A DNA stretch of 64,000 bases. It comes from an uncultured Pseudomonadota bacterium. GTDB taxonomy: Bacteria; Pseudomonadota; Alphaproteobacteria; Rs-D84. Both the position numbers and the translations under genes were made by a program. Position 1 is the stretch's first letter; each line of letters begins with the position of its first letter. Under the pieces are notes generated by a model. That model did not search any database, had not been told where the DNA came from, and saw only the letters and a program-made list of their open reading frames with translations. Below are positions 9,226-18,263 of the stretch, piece after piece. The DNA is taken from positions 6,130 through 70,129 of the forward strand of contig CASDTC010000002.1 of the NCBI GenBank assembly GCA_949283535.1. Reading direction: 5' to 3'.

Positions 9226-10596
9226 TTAATCCAATGTGCGCAGACTGATTTTTTCTGCATCCACAATAACAATTTTTCCATCATTTACGCCAAACTTACG
9301 CGCCGCATTAAATGCATCGCGTTGCGCAAACAATTCATCACTGTAAATTGGGAATACGCCACGCAACAGACACAAATGATTTGCGACAACATGCTCATTA
9401 CATACGGCAACGATTGGAATATCGGGTTTGCGGCATGAAATTTGTGTTGCGATATCTGCATCGCGCGCAAACACAACAATTGCCGCCGCACGATTTAAAT
9501 ATGCCATTGATGCAACACTGCGCGACCAATCATTTTCAGGCACATTTTCAACACGCGACCAATCATATGGATTGGCAATCGCATCACAGTCGGCATATGA
9601 TAAAATTTTGTCCATTGTATTGATAACATTTACCGGGTTTATTCCGATTGTTGTTTCTTCGGATGTCATGGTTGAATCAGCGCGCAAATATGCCGCATTT
9701 GCCACATCGGTAATTTCTGCACGCGTCGGAAATTCACTGTTAACCATTGTTCCCAACATTTGTGTCGCCATAATAACAGGCTTGTTCAATTTTCTGCATT
9801 CACGAATTATACGGCGTGAAATTGCCGGAACCTGTTCAAATGGAACCTCTACCGCCAAATCGCCACGCGCAATCATTATACCATCTGCGATTGCCGCAAT
9901 TTCAGAAATTCTGCCAACCGCGTTTGGTCGTTCGATTTTTGCAATGATTTTTATCGGGTGTGATGTACGCGCGGTTATAAAATCACGCACTTCGGCAATA
10001 TCTTCGGGACGCTGGACAAACGAAACCGCGACCCAATCTGGTTTTTTAGTAATTGCGTATTCTAAATCTGCGCGGTCTTTGTCTGTTAATACAGATGTTG
10101 CAATTTCTGTATCTGGTAAATTAAATCCGCGACGCGACCAAATTTCATTACCACGAACAACAGTGGCAACAATTTTGTCCGGGGACACAGAATCAACAGT
10201 CATTTCAATTTTCCCGTCATTCAGTAAAATTCTGTCGCCAACTTTTAACGAATTCATAACATCAGCATCTGGCAATTGTACACGCGTACCATCGCCTGGT
10301 GTCGGATCTGTATCAAATGTAAATTTTTGCCCAACGGTTAATGGATATTTATCTTCGGTGGCAAAATTTCCAATGCGATGTTTTGGACCTTGTAAATCAA
10401 TTACAATTGCGACCGGGGTATGCAACTGTTCTGACACATCACGAATTAAATCGATTTTTTTACCCTGGATATCACCGGTATCATGACTGAAATTCAATCG
10501 GCACATGTTAACGCCCGCCTGTATCATACGGGTCAGTGTTTCACGATCTTCACATTTTGGACCAATTGATGCCGTAATTTTTGTAAATCTGTTCAT
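9226..10596 (-). CDS. pyk: pyruvate kinase
   Basis: 456 aa. The N-terminus TKITASIGP, plus NMCRLNFSH, IMIARGDLAVE and ATQML, are typical PK motifs. Confidence 0.9.
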   Translation of the reverse strand: MNRFTKITASIGPKCEDRETLTRMIQAGVNMCRLNFSHDTGDIQGKKIDLIRDVSEQLHTPVAIVIDLQGPKHRIGNFATEDKYPLTVGQKFTFDTDPTPGDGTRVQLPDADVMNSLKVGDRILLNDGKIEMTVDSVSPDKIVATVVRGNEIWSRRGFNLPDTEIATSVLTDKDRADLEYAITKKPDWVAVSFVQRPEDIAEVRDFITARTSHPIKIIAKIERPNAVGRISEIAAIADGIMIARGDLAVEVPFEQVPAISRRIIRECRKLNKPVIMATQMLGTMVNSEFPTRAEITDVANAAYLRADSTMTSEETTIGINPVNVINTMDKILSYADCDAIANPYDWSRVENVPENDWSRSVASMAYLNRAAAIVVFARDADIATQISCRKPDIPIVAVCNEHVVANHLCLLRGVFPIYSDELFAQRDAFNAARKFGVNDGKIVIVDAEKISLRTLD

Positions 10597-10686
10597 ATTA
10601 CACCTGCTTTCATACTTTTGTTTTTCTTGATTTTTGCGCTTTATGGTATATCATACGACTGATGAAAAGACAAGGAGAAATCTGCA

Positions 10687-10935
10687 ATGAAAAATGCAAA
10701 CCACGGCGCAATTGATAATCAACAATTATTAAGCATTATTGAACGCATCGAAAAATTAAACGAAGAAACCGCCGCAATTGCCGCGGATATCAAAGAAATT
10801 TATAGCGAGGCAAAATCTGCCGGTTTTGATCCAAAATATATCCGTCAAATGATACGGTTGCGCAAAATGGATCCAGATGAACTGGACGAAGCAGACGAAT
10901 TAACGCAAATGTATCGAAACGCGTTGGGACTGTAA
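10687..10935 (+). CDS. gapR: GapR/DUF2312 (UPF0335) nucleoid-associated protein
   Basis: 82 aa. QLLSIIERIEKLNEE...IKEIYSEAKSAGFDPKYIRQMIRLRKMD closely follows the alphaproteobacterial GapR pattern. Confidence 0.8.
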   Translation: MKNANHGAIDNQQLLSIIERIEKLNEETAAIAADIKEIYSEAKSAGFDPKYIRQMIRLRKMDPDELDEADELTQMYRNALGL

Positions 10936-11073
10936 AAAATAAATATATTGAATATATAATCTGATAAAATCTTTTACCAGGGTAATGGGGATATGTATAA
11001 TTGCCCTGGGGTATTTATTTTTATGAATAAATTTCCATTGTGATACGGTTGATTTTATTCCTATACTTTGGGT

Positions 11074-13014
11074 ATGCGCAAATTTCTGGAAAATCAATAT
11101 GTTAATTTGTTTTTATGGGTGCCATTTATGCTGGCGTTTGGTGCCGGGCTGTATTTCAATTTTCCATTTGAACCGAATATTTTCGTTTGTATATTTGGCG
11201 CAATAATAACAATTATTTTAATATTTTGTAAAACGCCCATATTAATTCGGGCAATTGCGTTATTTATTTTTGGTTTTTGCTATGCGGCATTATTTACACA
11301 TGTTTTTGCAACGTCACAAATTCCACGCGACTTGCATAATCTGGATATTACAGGCGTGGTTGAACATATTGATTATACCGCCGACAAGTCCAGAATTTAT
11401 ATGCGCATTAACGCAAATGATATTTATGCCGGTGATGGTGATGCGATTGTTCGCGTATCTGCGCGGTCGGGTACTGTTCCGCCAGACATTGGCGATACGA
11501 TTCGTGCAAGAATCGGTTTATTTCGTCCCGCCGGCATGGATGCGCCCGAATCGTTTGATTATGCGCGTTGGTCATACTTTAACGGTTTAACTGCCACAGG
11601 ATACTTAAATGATTATAAAATAATATCCTGCAAACATCATATTGGAATAAATGCGTTGCGCGACAAAATGCATAGGGCGTCCGATTCTTTTCTGGCAGAT
11701 GCACTTGTGTTGGGCTATAAAAACGCGGTTCCAGAAAACGATGCGCCAATATGGACGGCAACTGGCGTTGGGCATGTTTGGTCAATCAGTGGATTTCACA
11801 TTACATTGGTATCGGCATGGTTGTTTGCAATTTTTTATTTCATATTCAGATTAATTTCGCCAATTACTAAACGCATTCCGGCGCGAATTCCAGCATTAAT
11901 CTGCGCATGGTGTGGATTGGTGTTTTATTTATTCTTGTCCGGGTGCGATGTTGCAACAGTTCGTGCATTTCTGATGACGACATTGGTATTTGCAGCATTT
12001 ATTTTTGGTCGTAATGCAATTTCAATGCGTAATGTTTGTATTGCGTTTTGCATAATATTCTTTATAAATCCGCATTATGTAATGCAACCAGGATTTCAAT
12101 TATCATTTGCCGCAATATTCGGGTTGGTCTGGTTGTGGAATGATGCAAACCCCAAAATGCCGAAAAATAAATTATTAAAACTGATTTATACCGCAGTGCT
12201 GACATCTGTTGTTGCAACTGTATTTACCGCACCATTTGTTATTGCGCACTTTAACAGTCTGCCGATTTATGGACTGGTCGGTAATTTAATTTTACTGCCT
12301 GTATTTTCAATTGCGATTATGCCATTGGTTATGATTGGTGTTATCAGTGCCGCATTTGGTTGGACCGGTCCACTAAATACCGCAGAATATATTTATAATT
12401 TTATATTGAAAATCGCCACATATATTACGGAAATGCCGTATGCAACAATAACATTTCCGCATATGTCAAATATTGCACTGTGCGTTATTATTATCGGACT
12501 GTTGTGTTTAATGTTTGTGCGACCTGTACGGATAAAGATAAATTATATTTTGTGTCTGATTTTTATTTCTGTGGGAATTACAATTGTTGCGTTCACGCCA
12601 CGCCCAATATTTTATGCAACACATGATCACGAACTGGTTGCGTTTATCGAAGACGACAATAAATTATCATTTAATAAATCACGTGCATCAAATCACTATT
12701 TCACATTTGATACATGGAAACAATTCAATGGCGAAGATATTGGCACGAAAAACAGACGCAGGAAACCAACCAATGGAATTTGGATTTATGAAACACCGAA
12801 TTTTACATTGGCATATATTCAAAAGTTTGTCCCAACAATGGAAAATATCAATAATTTATGCCGTGATGAAAATATTGATTATATTGTTTCTTACTTTGAT
12901 ATTGATGCACCAAAATGTAATGACAAAATTTTGCGGGGCGGATTTGTTATTTATAAATCAGGCATGATAAAACACATAAAACTTAATCGTCAATGGCATA
13001 ATCCGCACGAATAA
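11074..13014 (+). CDS. comEC: ComEC/Rec2 DNA internalization channel protein
   Basis: Polytopic membrane protein with the competence-domain segment VGHVWSISGFHITLV. I chose the ATG at 11074 over the TTG at 11068. Its 3' end overlaps convergent truA by about 30 nt. Confidence 0.75.
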   Translation: MRKFLENQYVNLFLWVPFMLAFGAGLYFNFPFEPNIFVCIFGAIITIILIFCKTPILIRAIALFIFGFCYAALFTHVFATSQIPRDLHNLDITGVVEHIDYTADKSRIYMRINANDIYAGDGDAIVRVSARSGTVPPDIGDTIRARIGLFRPAGMDAPESFDYARWSYFNGLTATGYLNDYKIISCKHHIGINALRDKMHRASDSFLADALVLGYKNAVPENDAPIWTATGVGHVWSISGFHITLVSAWLFAIFYFIFRLISPITKRIPARIPALICAWCGLVFYLFLSGCDVATVRAFLMTTLVFAAFIFGRNAISMRNVCIAFCIIFFINPHYVMQPGFQLSFAAIFGLVWLWNDANPKMPKNKLLKLIYTAVLTSVVATVFTAPFVIAHFNSLPIYGLVGNLILLPVFSIAIMPLVMIGVISAAFGWTGPLNTAEYIYNFILKIATYITEMPYATITFPHMSNIALCVIIIGLLCLMFVRPVRIKINYILCLIFISVGITIVAFTPRPIFYATHDHELVAFIEDDNKLSFNKSRASNHYFTFDTWKQFNGEDIGTKNRRRKPTNGIWIYETPNFTLAYIQKFVPTMENINNLCRDENIDYIVSYFDIDAPKCNDKILRGGFVIYKSGMIKHIKLNRQWHNPHE

Positions 13015-13726
13015 AATACAATCCAGATGCCGGCGCAGTCGGACCCGCGACACTGCGATTACGCGCTGCAAAAATTTCATCAACATCATATGGTTTGCCC
13101 AGTCCAATTTCAACCAGTGTTCCAACCATATTTCGAACCTGGTGATGCAAGAACGAACGCGCAGAAAATTCAAATATCACATAATCCCCGCGGCGCGAAA
13201 TCTTGCATAAATCCAGTGTTTTTATCGGACTTTTTGCCTGGCACTGGGTGGCACGAAAACTGGTAAAATCATGATGACCAACCAATTTTGATGCCGCACG
13301 GCGCATAGATGAAACATTTAATCGGCGCGGCACCCACCATACGCGATTTTTTTCCAGCACGGGCGCGGCGCCACGATTTAAAACAATATATTTATAATGA
13401 CGCGCAACACACGAAAAACGCGCATTAAAATCGTCGGGGACAATTACACAATCTGTAATTACAACTGGCAAATTGGTCAGATAAAAATTTATTGCCCGCA
13501 TAACAGTATTTGCATCGGTTGTAATATCTAAATCAAAATGTGCAACCATTGCAACGGCATGAACACCGGCATCTGTACGCCCCGCGGCAATAATATCAGG
13601 ACGGGTGCCACAAAATTTTTCAATTGCATCACACAATAATGATTGTACAGATGGACCCTGGCGGTTTTGTTGCCAACCAATTAAATTTGTTCCATCATAT
13701 TCAATCGTTATCTTATATCGTGCCAT
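12983..13726 (-). CDS. truA: tRNA pseudouridine38-40 synthase
   Basis: RYKITIEYDGTNLIGWQ, the catalytic GRTDAGVHA and FLHHQVRNMVG are present. Confidence 0.9.
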   Translation of the reverse strand: MARYKITIEYDGTNLIGWQQNRQGPSVQSLLCDAIEKFCGTRPDIIAAGRTDAGVHAVAMVAHFDLDITTDANTVMRAINFYLTNLPVVITDCVIVPDDFNARFSCVARHYKYIVLNRGAAPVLEKNRVWWVPRRLNVSSMRRAASKLVGHHDFTSFRATQCQAKSPIKTLDLCKISRRGDYVIFEFSARSFLHHQVRNMVGTLVEIGLGKPYDVDEIFAARNRSVAGPTAPASGLYFIRADYAIDD

Positions 13727-13731
13727 ATAAT

Positions 13732-13941
13732 CTATCTGGATTTCTGTTTTTTATATTTTTTCGCATATTTAAAGTGTTGACAATGACCATCAAATTCAAC
13801 AATACGCGGTCCTGTTAATAACAATCGTACAACATCGATACGATAACAAACATTCCAACTGCCGCGCGTTCCAAAATAATGACAATATTTACACCAATAT
13901 GGTGGGTAATCTTGTTCAAGTGTTATTTTTTTATTCCCCAT
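13732..13941 (-). CDS. small Cys/His-containing basic protein (69 aa), hypothetical
   Basis: An AAGGA SD lies about 8 nt upstream of the ATG. The ORF fills the fmt-truA gap on the operon strand. It has CKYC...C...HCQH and a Lys-rich tail. Confidence 0.5.
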   Translation of the reverse strand: MGNKKITLEQDYPPYWCKYCHYFGTRGSWNVCYRIDVVRLLLTGPRIVEFDGHCQHFKYAKKYKKQKSR

Positions 13942-13953
13942 TCATAAAATCCT

Positions 13954-14220
13954 TTATTTTTGTTTTTCGTGTTTTTTACGCACAAAGTAATGATTACTTA
14001 AACGCAGACACATGCGACATTTGCGCTGTTTGTCATACGCATAATCATTATCTATTTTTGATATGCAATATTCTTGGCATGTTGAATAATTATAAGATAT
14101 GCCATTATCAACCTTTATCAAACATGCATCATCTGTACACATTGCGCAAATGCAATCTGCATTACATTCGTTTAATACAATCCGCTGCTGCTTAAATTTA
14201 CAAAAATGTTCAATATACAT
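13954..14220 (-). CDS. small cysteine-rich protein (88 aa, 11 Cys), hypothetical
   Basis: It starts 3 nt after the fmt stop. It contains CNADCICAMCTDDAC, CQEYC and CRMC, and ends in a Lys-rich tail. Confidence 0.45.
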   Translation of the reverse strand: MYIEHFCKFKQQRIVLNECNADCICAMCTDDACLIKVDNGISYNYSTCQEYCISKIDNDYAYDKQRKCRMCLRLSNHYFVRKKHEKQK

Positions 14221-14223
14221 AGT

Positions 14224-15033
14224 TTATTTCCCAAATTTTATTTCTGCACCGTGCAGACCATTTACAAAACAGCGCCAATCCATTGGCTTTTTCCCAGATG
14301 GCTGAATACGCAATATTGTTAAATTATCATTATCATCAATGCACGTTTCCAGAATCTTTACATCAATACCGTTTATTTTTGTACGCCCCGCCCCCAGCGC
14401 ACGAATTTGATTATGCACTGCGCGCGCCCCACGCGACCAATCAATAATTTCATCTGCACCGGTAAATTTACGCGTAAATGTCGGTTCACCAATTTGTGGG
14501 CATGGCGCATATGCCGATGGATTTTCCAGATATTTAATCAACATATCCGCCCCAATTTCAGACACGATTTTTTCAACATCGGAATTTGTGTCATTTTCAC
14601 CAATATCAAATGCGCGGCGCATATAAACATCACCTGCATCCATTTCTGGGGTTATCTGCATCAAGCATACGGCGGATTTTATATCCCCATTATAAATTGC
14701 ACTGCGAATTGGTGATGGTCCGCGATATTTTGGTAAATCACTGGGGTGAATATTTACGCATGGTGCCGAACTTAAAACATTATCACGCAATATTACACCA
14801 TATGATACAACAACAACCATGTCTGGTGAAAAATTATAATCATGAATATTTGTAAACACCGGTAATTTATTTTCATCCGCCCAAATATTTACTGGCGATG
14901 GGGTTAAAATATGCCGTCGCCCGGTTGGCTTTGGTGCGCGGGTAAATACCGCAATTATTTCATGTCCGGCACGACGCACCGCATCAAAAATCGGAACAAC
15001 GAAATCATTTGTTCCCATTAATACCAGTTTCAT
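14224..15033 (-). CDS. fmt: methionyl-tRNA formyltransferase (short, 269 aa)
   Basis: An N-terminal MGTNDF..P pattern and the formyltransferase core (NIHPSDLPKYRGPSPI) are present. It overlaps def by 4 nt. Confidence 0.85.
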   Translation of the reverse strand: MKLVLMGTNDFVVPIFDAVRRAGHEIIAVFTRAPKPTGRRHILTPSPVNIWADENKLPVFTNIHDYNFSPDMVVVVSYGVILRDNVLSSAPCVNIHPSDLPKYRGPSPIRSAIYNGDIKSAVCLMQITPEMDAGDVYMRRAFDIGENDTNSDVEKIVSEIGADMLIKYLENPSAYAPCPQIGEPTFTRKFTGADEIIDWSRGARAVHNQIRALGAGRTKINGIDVKILETCIDDNDNLTILRIQPSGKKPMDWRCFVNGLHGAEIKFGK

Positions 15034-15530
15034 TTATTTTTCCTTACCTTGCGCATCAACATTTCACGACGAACTGGTGACAGATAATCAATAAACAAGA
15101 TTCCATCCAAATGGTCTGTTTCATGCTGGACAATGCGCGCCGGCAGTCCCGACATTTGTGCGCGTAATTGTTCGCCATTTTCATTCGTCCATTCAACATC
15201 AACAGACGCCGGTCGGGTAACATTTGCATAAACCGGCAAATTATCGCGTCCCAAAACCGACAGACAGCCTTCTTCCATGGTGCAAACATCACTGCTGCGG
15301 GTGATGATTTTCGGATTTATCATTTTAAATACTGTTTCATCATCTGGATTCATCATAACCAAAAATCGTTTCAGTTGTCCCACCTGGGGTGCCGCCAAGC
15401 CAACGCCGTTTTGTTCGCGCATCATGTCAACCATTTCATTCATTATATCTAATACATCTGGCGTGATTTCAGTAATAGGCTCACATTTTTCACGCAATAC
15501 CAAATCACCGCAAAGTTTCATTTGCAACAT
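15030..15530 (-). CDS. def: peptide deformylase
   Basis: The three canonical motifs are present: GVGLAAPQVG, EGCLS and HETDHL. Confidence 0.9.
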   Translation of the reverse strand: MLQMKLCGDLVLREKCEPITEITPDVLDIMNEMVDMMREQNGVGLAAPQVGQLKRFLVMMNPDDETVFKMINPKIITRSSDVCTMEEGCLSVLGRDNLPVYANVTRPASVDVEWTNENGEQLRAQMSGLPARIVQHETDHLDGILFIDYLSPVRREMLMRKVRKNK

Positions 15531-15572
15531 ATATAAATCCTTTTATAATGGATTTTAGCAAAGGATTGGAAA

Positions 15573-16451
15573 ATGACAACTTATATTTTTGTATTACTGT
15601 TTATTATAATTATTTTATTAATCGCGGTCCTGATGCGGCGCCCAACGGTGGATATATCTGCACTGCGCGAAGATAACGCGCGATTGCGTGAAAGGTTGTC
15701 TGAACGACTGGGGATGTTAACCCAAAACGCAATTGAATTAAAAAATATCAGTGGCGATATTGCAAATTTTAAAAATATCTTGATGGGCAATAAGCAAGCA
15801 CGCGGAACATTTGGCGAACGACAACTGGCAGATTTGGTTGCCGATGTTATGCCCCCAGAAACATATTCTTTTCAAACGGTATTGGATACCGGGGTGCGTC
15901 CAGACTGTATAATCCGCCTGCCATATCCGCCGGGCGACATGATAATTGACAGCAAATTTCCACTGGAAAGTTATAACAGAATGACCGCCGCAAATGATGA
16001 TGGCGCACGCAAGCAATTTGAATTGGATGTACGCAAGCATATTGATGCAATCGCAGATAAATATATTATCCCAGGTAAAACCGCAGAATCAGCCATGATG
16101 TTTATTGCATCAGAATCAATATTTGAAACATTGCATCGCGAATTTCCGGGCGCGGTTGATTATGCCGCACGGCGCAAGGTATTTATCGTATCGCCATCAA
16201 CACTGTGGGCAACATTAAACACGATACGCGCAGTTCTGTCTGATATAAAAATCAAACGCGTTGCAGCAAAAATTAAACGCGAACTGGATTTATTATTAAC
16301 CGACCTGGGGCGTTTAAATGAACGCGCAAATAAAGTGCAACAGCACTTTAACATGGCAACAACCGATATCGAACAATTGCAAACATCGGTTGGAAAAATC
16401 ACCCCACGGGCGGAAAAGTTGCGCGATATGGATTTTGGCGAAGAAGAATAA
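15573..16451 (+). CDS. rmuC: DNA recombination protein RmuC
   Basis: An N-terminal TM and coiled coil are followed by an RmuC nuclease-like core (RGTFGERQLADLV, PDCIIRLP, IIDSKFPL). Confidence 0.8.
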   Translation: MTTYIFVLLFIIIILLIAVLMRRPTVDISALREDNARLRERLSERLGMLTQNAIELKNISGDIANFKNILMGNKQARGTFGERQLADLVADVMPPETYSFQTVLDTGVRPDCIIRLPYPPGDMIIDSKFPLESYNRMTAANDDGARKQFELDVRKHIDAIADKYIIPGKTAESAMMFIASESIFETLHREFPGAVDYAARRKVFIVSPSTLWATLNTIRAVLSDIKIKRVAAKIKRELDLLLTDLGRLNERANKVQQHFNMATTDIEQLQTSVGKITPRAEKLRDMDFGEEE

Positions 16452-16490
16452 TTAATTGCATTTATAAATGCCTGTGGTAAAATGCATGTT

Positions 16491-16645
16491 GCATTGGATG
16501 ATTACCAATGCGGGGTCTAGAAGCCTTATATAAGTAAAACTCTCCAACACGGGTTGGAGGGCTGTTAATATATCGAATATACAGCACTATTACTTGTAAT
16601 AGCTTCTAGCCTCCAACCGCCCATCATCACGGCGGTGTTTTTATT
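16491..16645 (+). ncRNA. candidate small RNA, family copy A
   Basis: An extended -10 (TGGTAAAAT, 16475-16483) lies 7 nt upstream of the conserved GCATTGG start. The 5' hairpin is GCATTGG/CCAATGC. The core is CTCCAAC-loop-GTTGGAGGG, then GAATATA..GAATA, a CTATTA/TAATAG hairpin and CCTCCAACCGCC. It ends in a CCGCC-loop-GGCGG hairpin followed by TGTTTTT. It is homologous to 44768-44960 and 58831-58955. Confidence 0.6.
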
Positions 16646-16657
16646 AATAATAAAACA

Positions 16658-16960
16658 ATGGGGGAAAATATTATGCCAGAAAGCAAACAACAAAAATTAA
16701 GACGCGCGATATTACGCGATGAATTTGATGCATTTATTACCGCCGGGCAACTGTTAAAGAACGCCCGCAGAATATTAGGCGTTGGTACAGAATTTATATC
16801 TAAAAAAATGGGAATTAATTCGCGATTGTGGGCGCGGTATGAAAACGATCGGGTAAAAATACCAAATACGATATTGCTGAAAATATTTGTATTCGGGCTG
16901 TCATTCTGGTGCAACATGCCAGATAATGCCATGCCCCAGCATATGGATAAAGATTTGTGA
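16658..16960 (+). CDS. XRE-family helix-turn-helix protein (about 95-100 aa)
   Basis: The HTH pattern LKNARRILGVGTEFISKKMGINSRLWARYEND is present. The true start may be the ATG at 16673, which has a GGGGGA SD. Confidence 0.55.
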   Translation: MGENIMPESKQQKLRRAILRDEFDAFITAGQLLKNARRILGVGTEFISKKMGINSRLWARYENDRVKIPNTILLKIFVFGLSFWCNMPDNAMPQHMDKDL

Positions 16961-17007
16961 TGTGCGATTTATCTTATTTTTTGCGTGGCGCTATGTACCA
17001 ATCATCC

Positions 17008-17218
17008 TTATCATCGTGCGGGGCGCATCGCGACCGTGGCGATCCAGTTATAATAGAGTCGCGCATATGCGCGTGCATTATTTACTGGATTGCCGCGCTA
17101 CGCTCGCAATGACAAGTTAGTGATGTGGGGCATAATTGACTGGATTGCTTCGTTTCACTCGCAATGACAAGGGTATGTGTATTAACTGGATTGCCGCGCT
17201 GCGACGCGCATGACAGGT
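17008..17218. repeat. stacked palindromic hairpin repeats (GCGACCGTGGCGATCCAG and CTGGATTGC..CGCAATGACAAG types)
   Basis: Four consecutive hairpin units. The first 60 nt are nearly identical to 58975-59030 and related to 59920-59960. Confidence 0.85.
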
Positions 17219-17276
17219 ATGTTGGGTTCCCGTGCTGTGGGATGATAGAGATTAAAAAGCGGGGCTAAAACGGGGA

Positions 17277-17522
17277 TTATTTTCCCGTTTTCTTTTTTAA
17301 TATTTTTTCTTGTAATGCCAAGATTTGATTTTCGCGATCTTTGATTGTTTCAATCAGACGATTGTTTTCCAGGCGCAAATTTTCTAAATCACGGCGGTTT
17401 AAAACAATTTCATCGGTCAGGCGCCGGTTCTTTTTACTGGTGAACATCAACATTATTACCGCACCAATAATTGCACCCGCAACACCAACTGTTAAATCAT
17501 ATAAAACATCTGTTATAACCAT
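17277..17522 (-). CDS. small membrane-anchored coiled-coil protein (81 aa), hypothetical
   Basis: An N-terminal TM (VGVAGAIIGAVIMLMF) is followed by a heptad-like LENLRLENNRLIETIKDRENQILALQEKI. A hairpin overlaps the stop. Confidence 0.5.
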   Translation of the reverse strand: MVITDVLYDLTVGVAGAIIGAVIMLMFTSKKNRRLTDEIVLNRRDLENLRLENNRLIETIKDRENQILALQEKILKKKTGK

Positions 17523-17556
17523 ATATTAATTATGCCGCATTATGCGGCATATTGCA

Positions 17557-18159
17557 CTAGGCAGATTTTCTTAACCCTGTTTTACGGTCAACCCATACCT
17601 GTTCATCGGCAATTTCCATTAATGGCATATCAGAACGACTGTCGGAATATGAACGAACAACATGTGGAATGATTTTATTTTCTTTTGCCCATTCGTCCAT
17701 CGCAATAACTTTATTTTTACCCCAACATAAAAATTCATATTTCCATGGCAAATTTTTATCCATGCGCGAACATAAAACCGCATCAAATTTCATATCACGC
17801 ACCAATTGTGGTAATAAATAATCTGGACTGGCAGATATTAATATTACACGGCGACCATCAGAATGTTCTTTGGCAACCTGGTCCCGCGCCCAGCCAAAAC
17901 GATTACGGCGATGCTGTTTTATAAAATCGCGTGCAAATCGGCGCACCATGTCGGGCGTCATAAACCGACGAATGTTTTGCCGCCACCAAACGCCCCCTGG
18001 ATTAAACAGACGCGCAATGCCCGCCACCGCCATTAACGGTAAATAAAACCACGGGCGCAATGAATGGCGAAAACAATACTTTGCAAATTCAACATTTGAA
18101 TCGCCACCAGATAATGTCCCATCAAAATCAAAAACCACAATATCCTGTTTTGTTAACAT
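17557..18159 (-). CDS. HAD-IB family hydrolase
   Basis: The DxDxT motif (VVFDFDGTL), the ISASP motif and a C-terminal SDSRSD are present. Confidence 0.7.
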   Translation of the reverse strand: MLTKQDIVVFDFDGTLSGGDSNVEFAKYCFRHSLRPWFYLPLMAVAGIARLFNPGGVWWRQNIRRFMTPDMVRRFARDFIKQHRRNRFGWARDQVAKEHSDGRRVILISASPDYLLPQLVRDMKFDAVLCSRMDKNLPWKYEFLCWGKNKVIAMDEWAKENKIIPHVVRSYSDSRSDMPLMEIADEQVWVDRKTGLRKSA

Positions 18160-18232
18160 TTTATACCCTTATGTTTTAATTCGGGCGCAATTATACCAGG
18201 CTTTTTTACACGCCGCAATTTTTATATTTAAT

Positions 18233-18262
18233 AAAAAAACGGGGAATGGGTCCCCGTTTATT
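18233..18262 (-). terminator. Rho-independent terminator after the RND operon
   Basis: Minus strand: AACGGGGA-loop-TCCCCGTTTTTTT, immediately after the stop at 18264. Confidence 0.7.
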
Positions 18263-18263
18263 C

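Noticed and set aside
8021-10486. Long antisense ORFs (8021-9103 +, 360 aa; 9428-10486 +, 352 aa). Similar cases are 37106-37966 +, 19771-20427 +, 20605-21189 + and 25753-26316 +
   Set aside because: Each lies entirely inside a well-supported gene on the other strand (the carboxypeptidase, pyk, the OmpA-like gene, the RND permease, gyrA). Their translations are low-complexity or odd in composition. These are shadow ORFs.
16555-16606. A mini-ORF (10-12 codons, N-I-x-N-K/I...) after the GGAGG inside the three-copy element, i.e. a leader peptide
   Set aside because: The start codon is not conserved (ATG in B, GTG in C, GTT in A). The variable positions fall on codon positions 1-2 rather than 3. 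Conservation is therefore at the nucleotide or RNA level.
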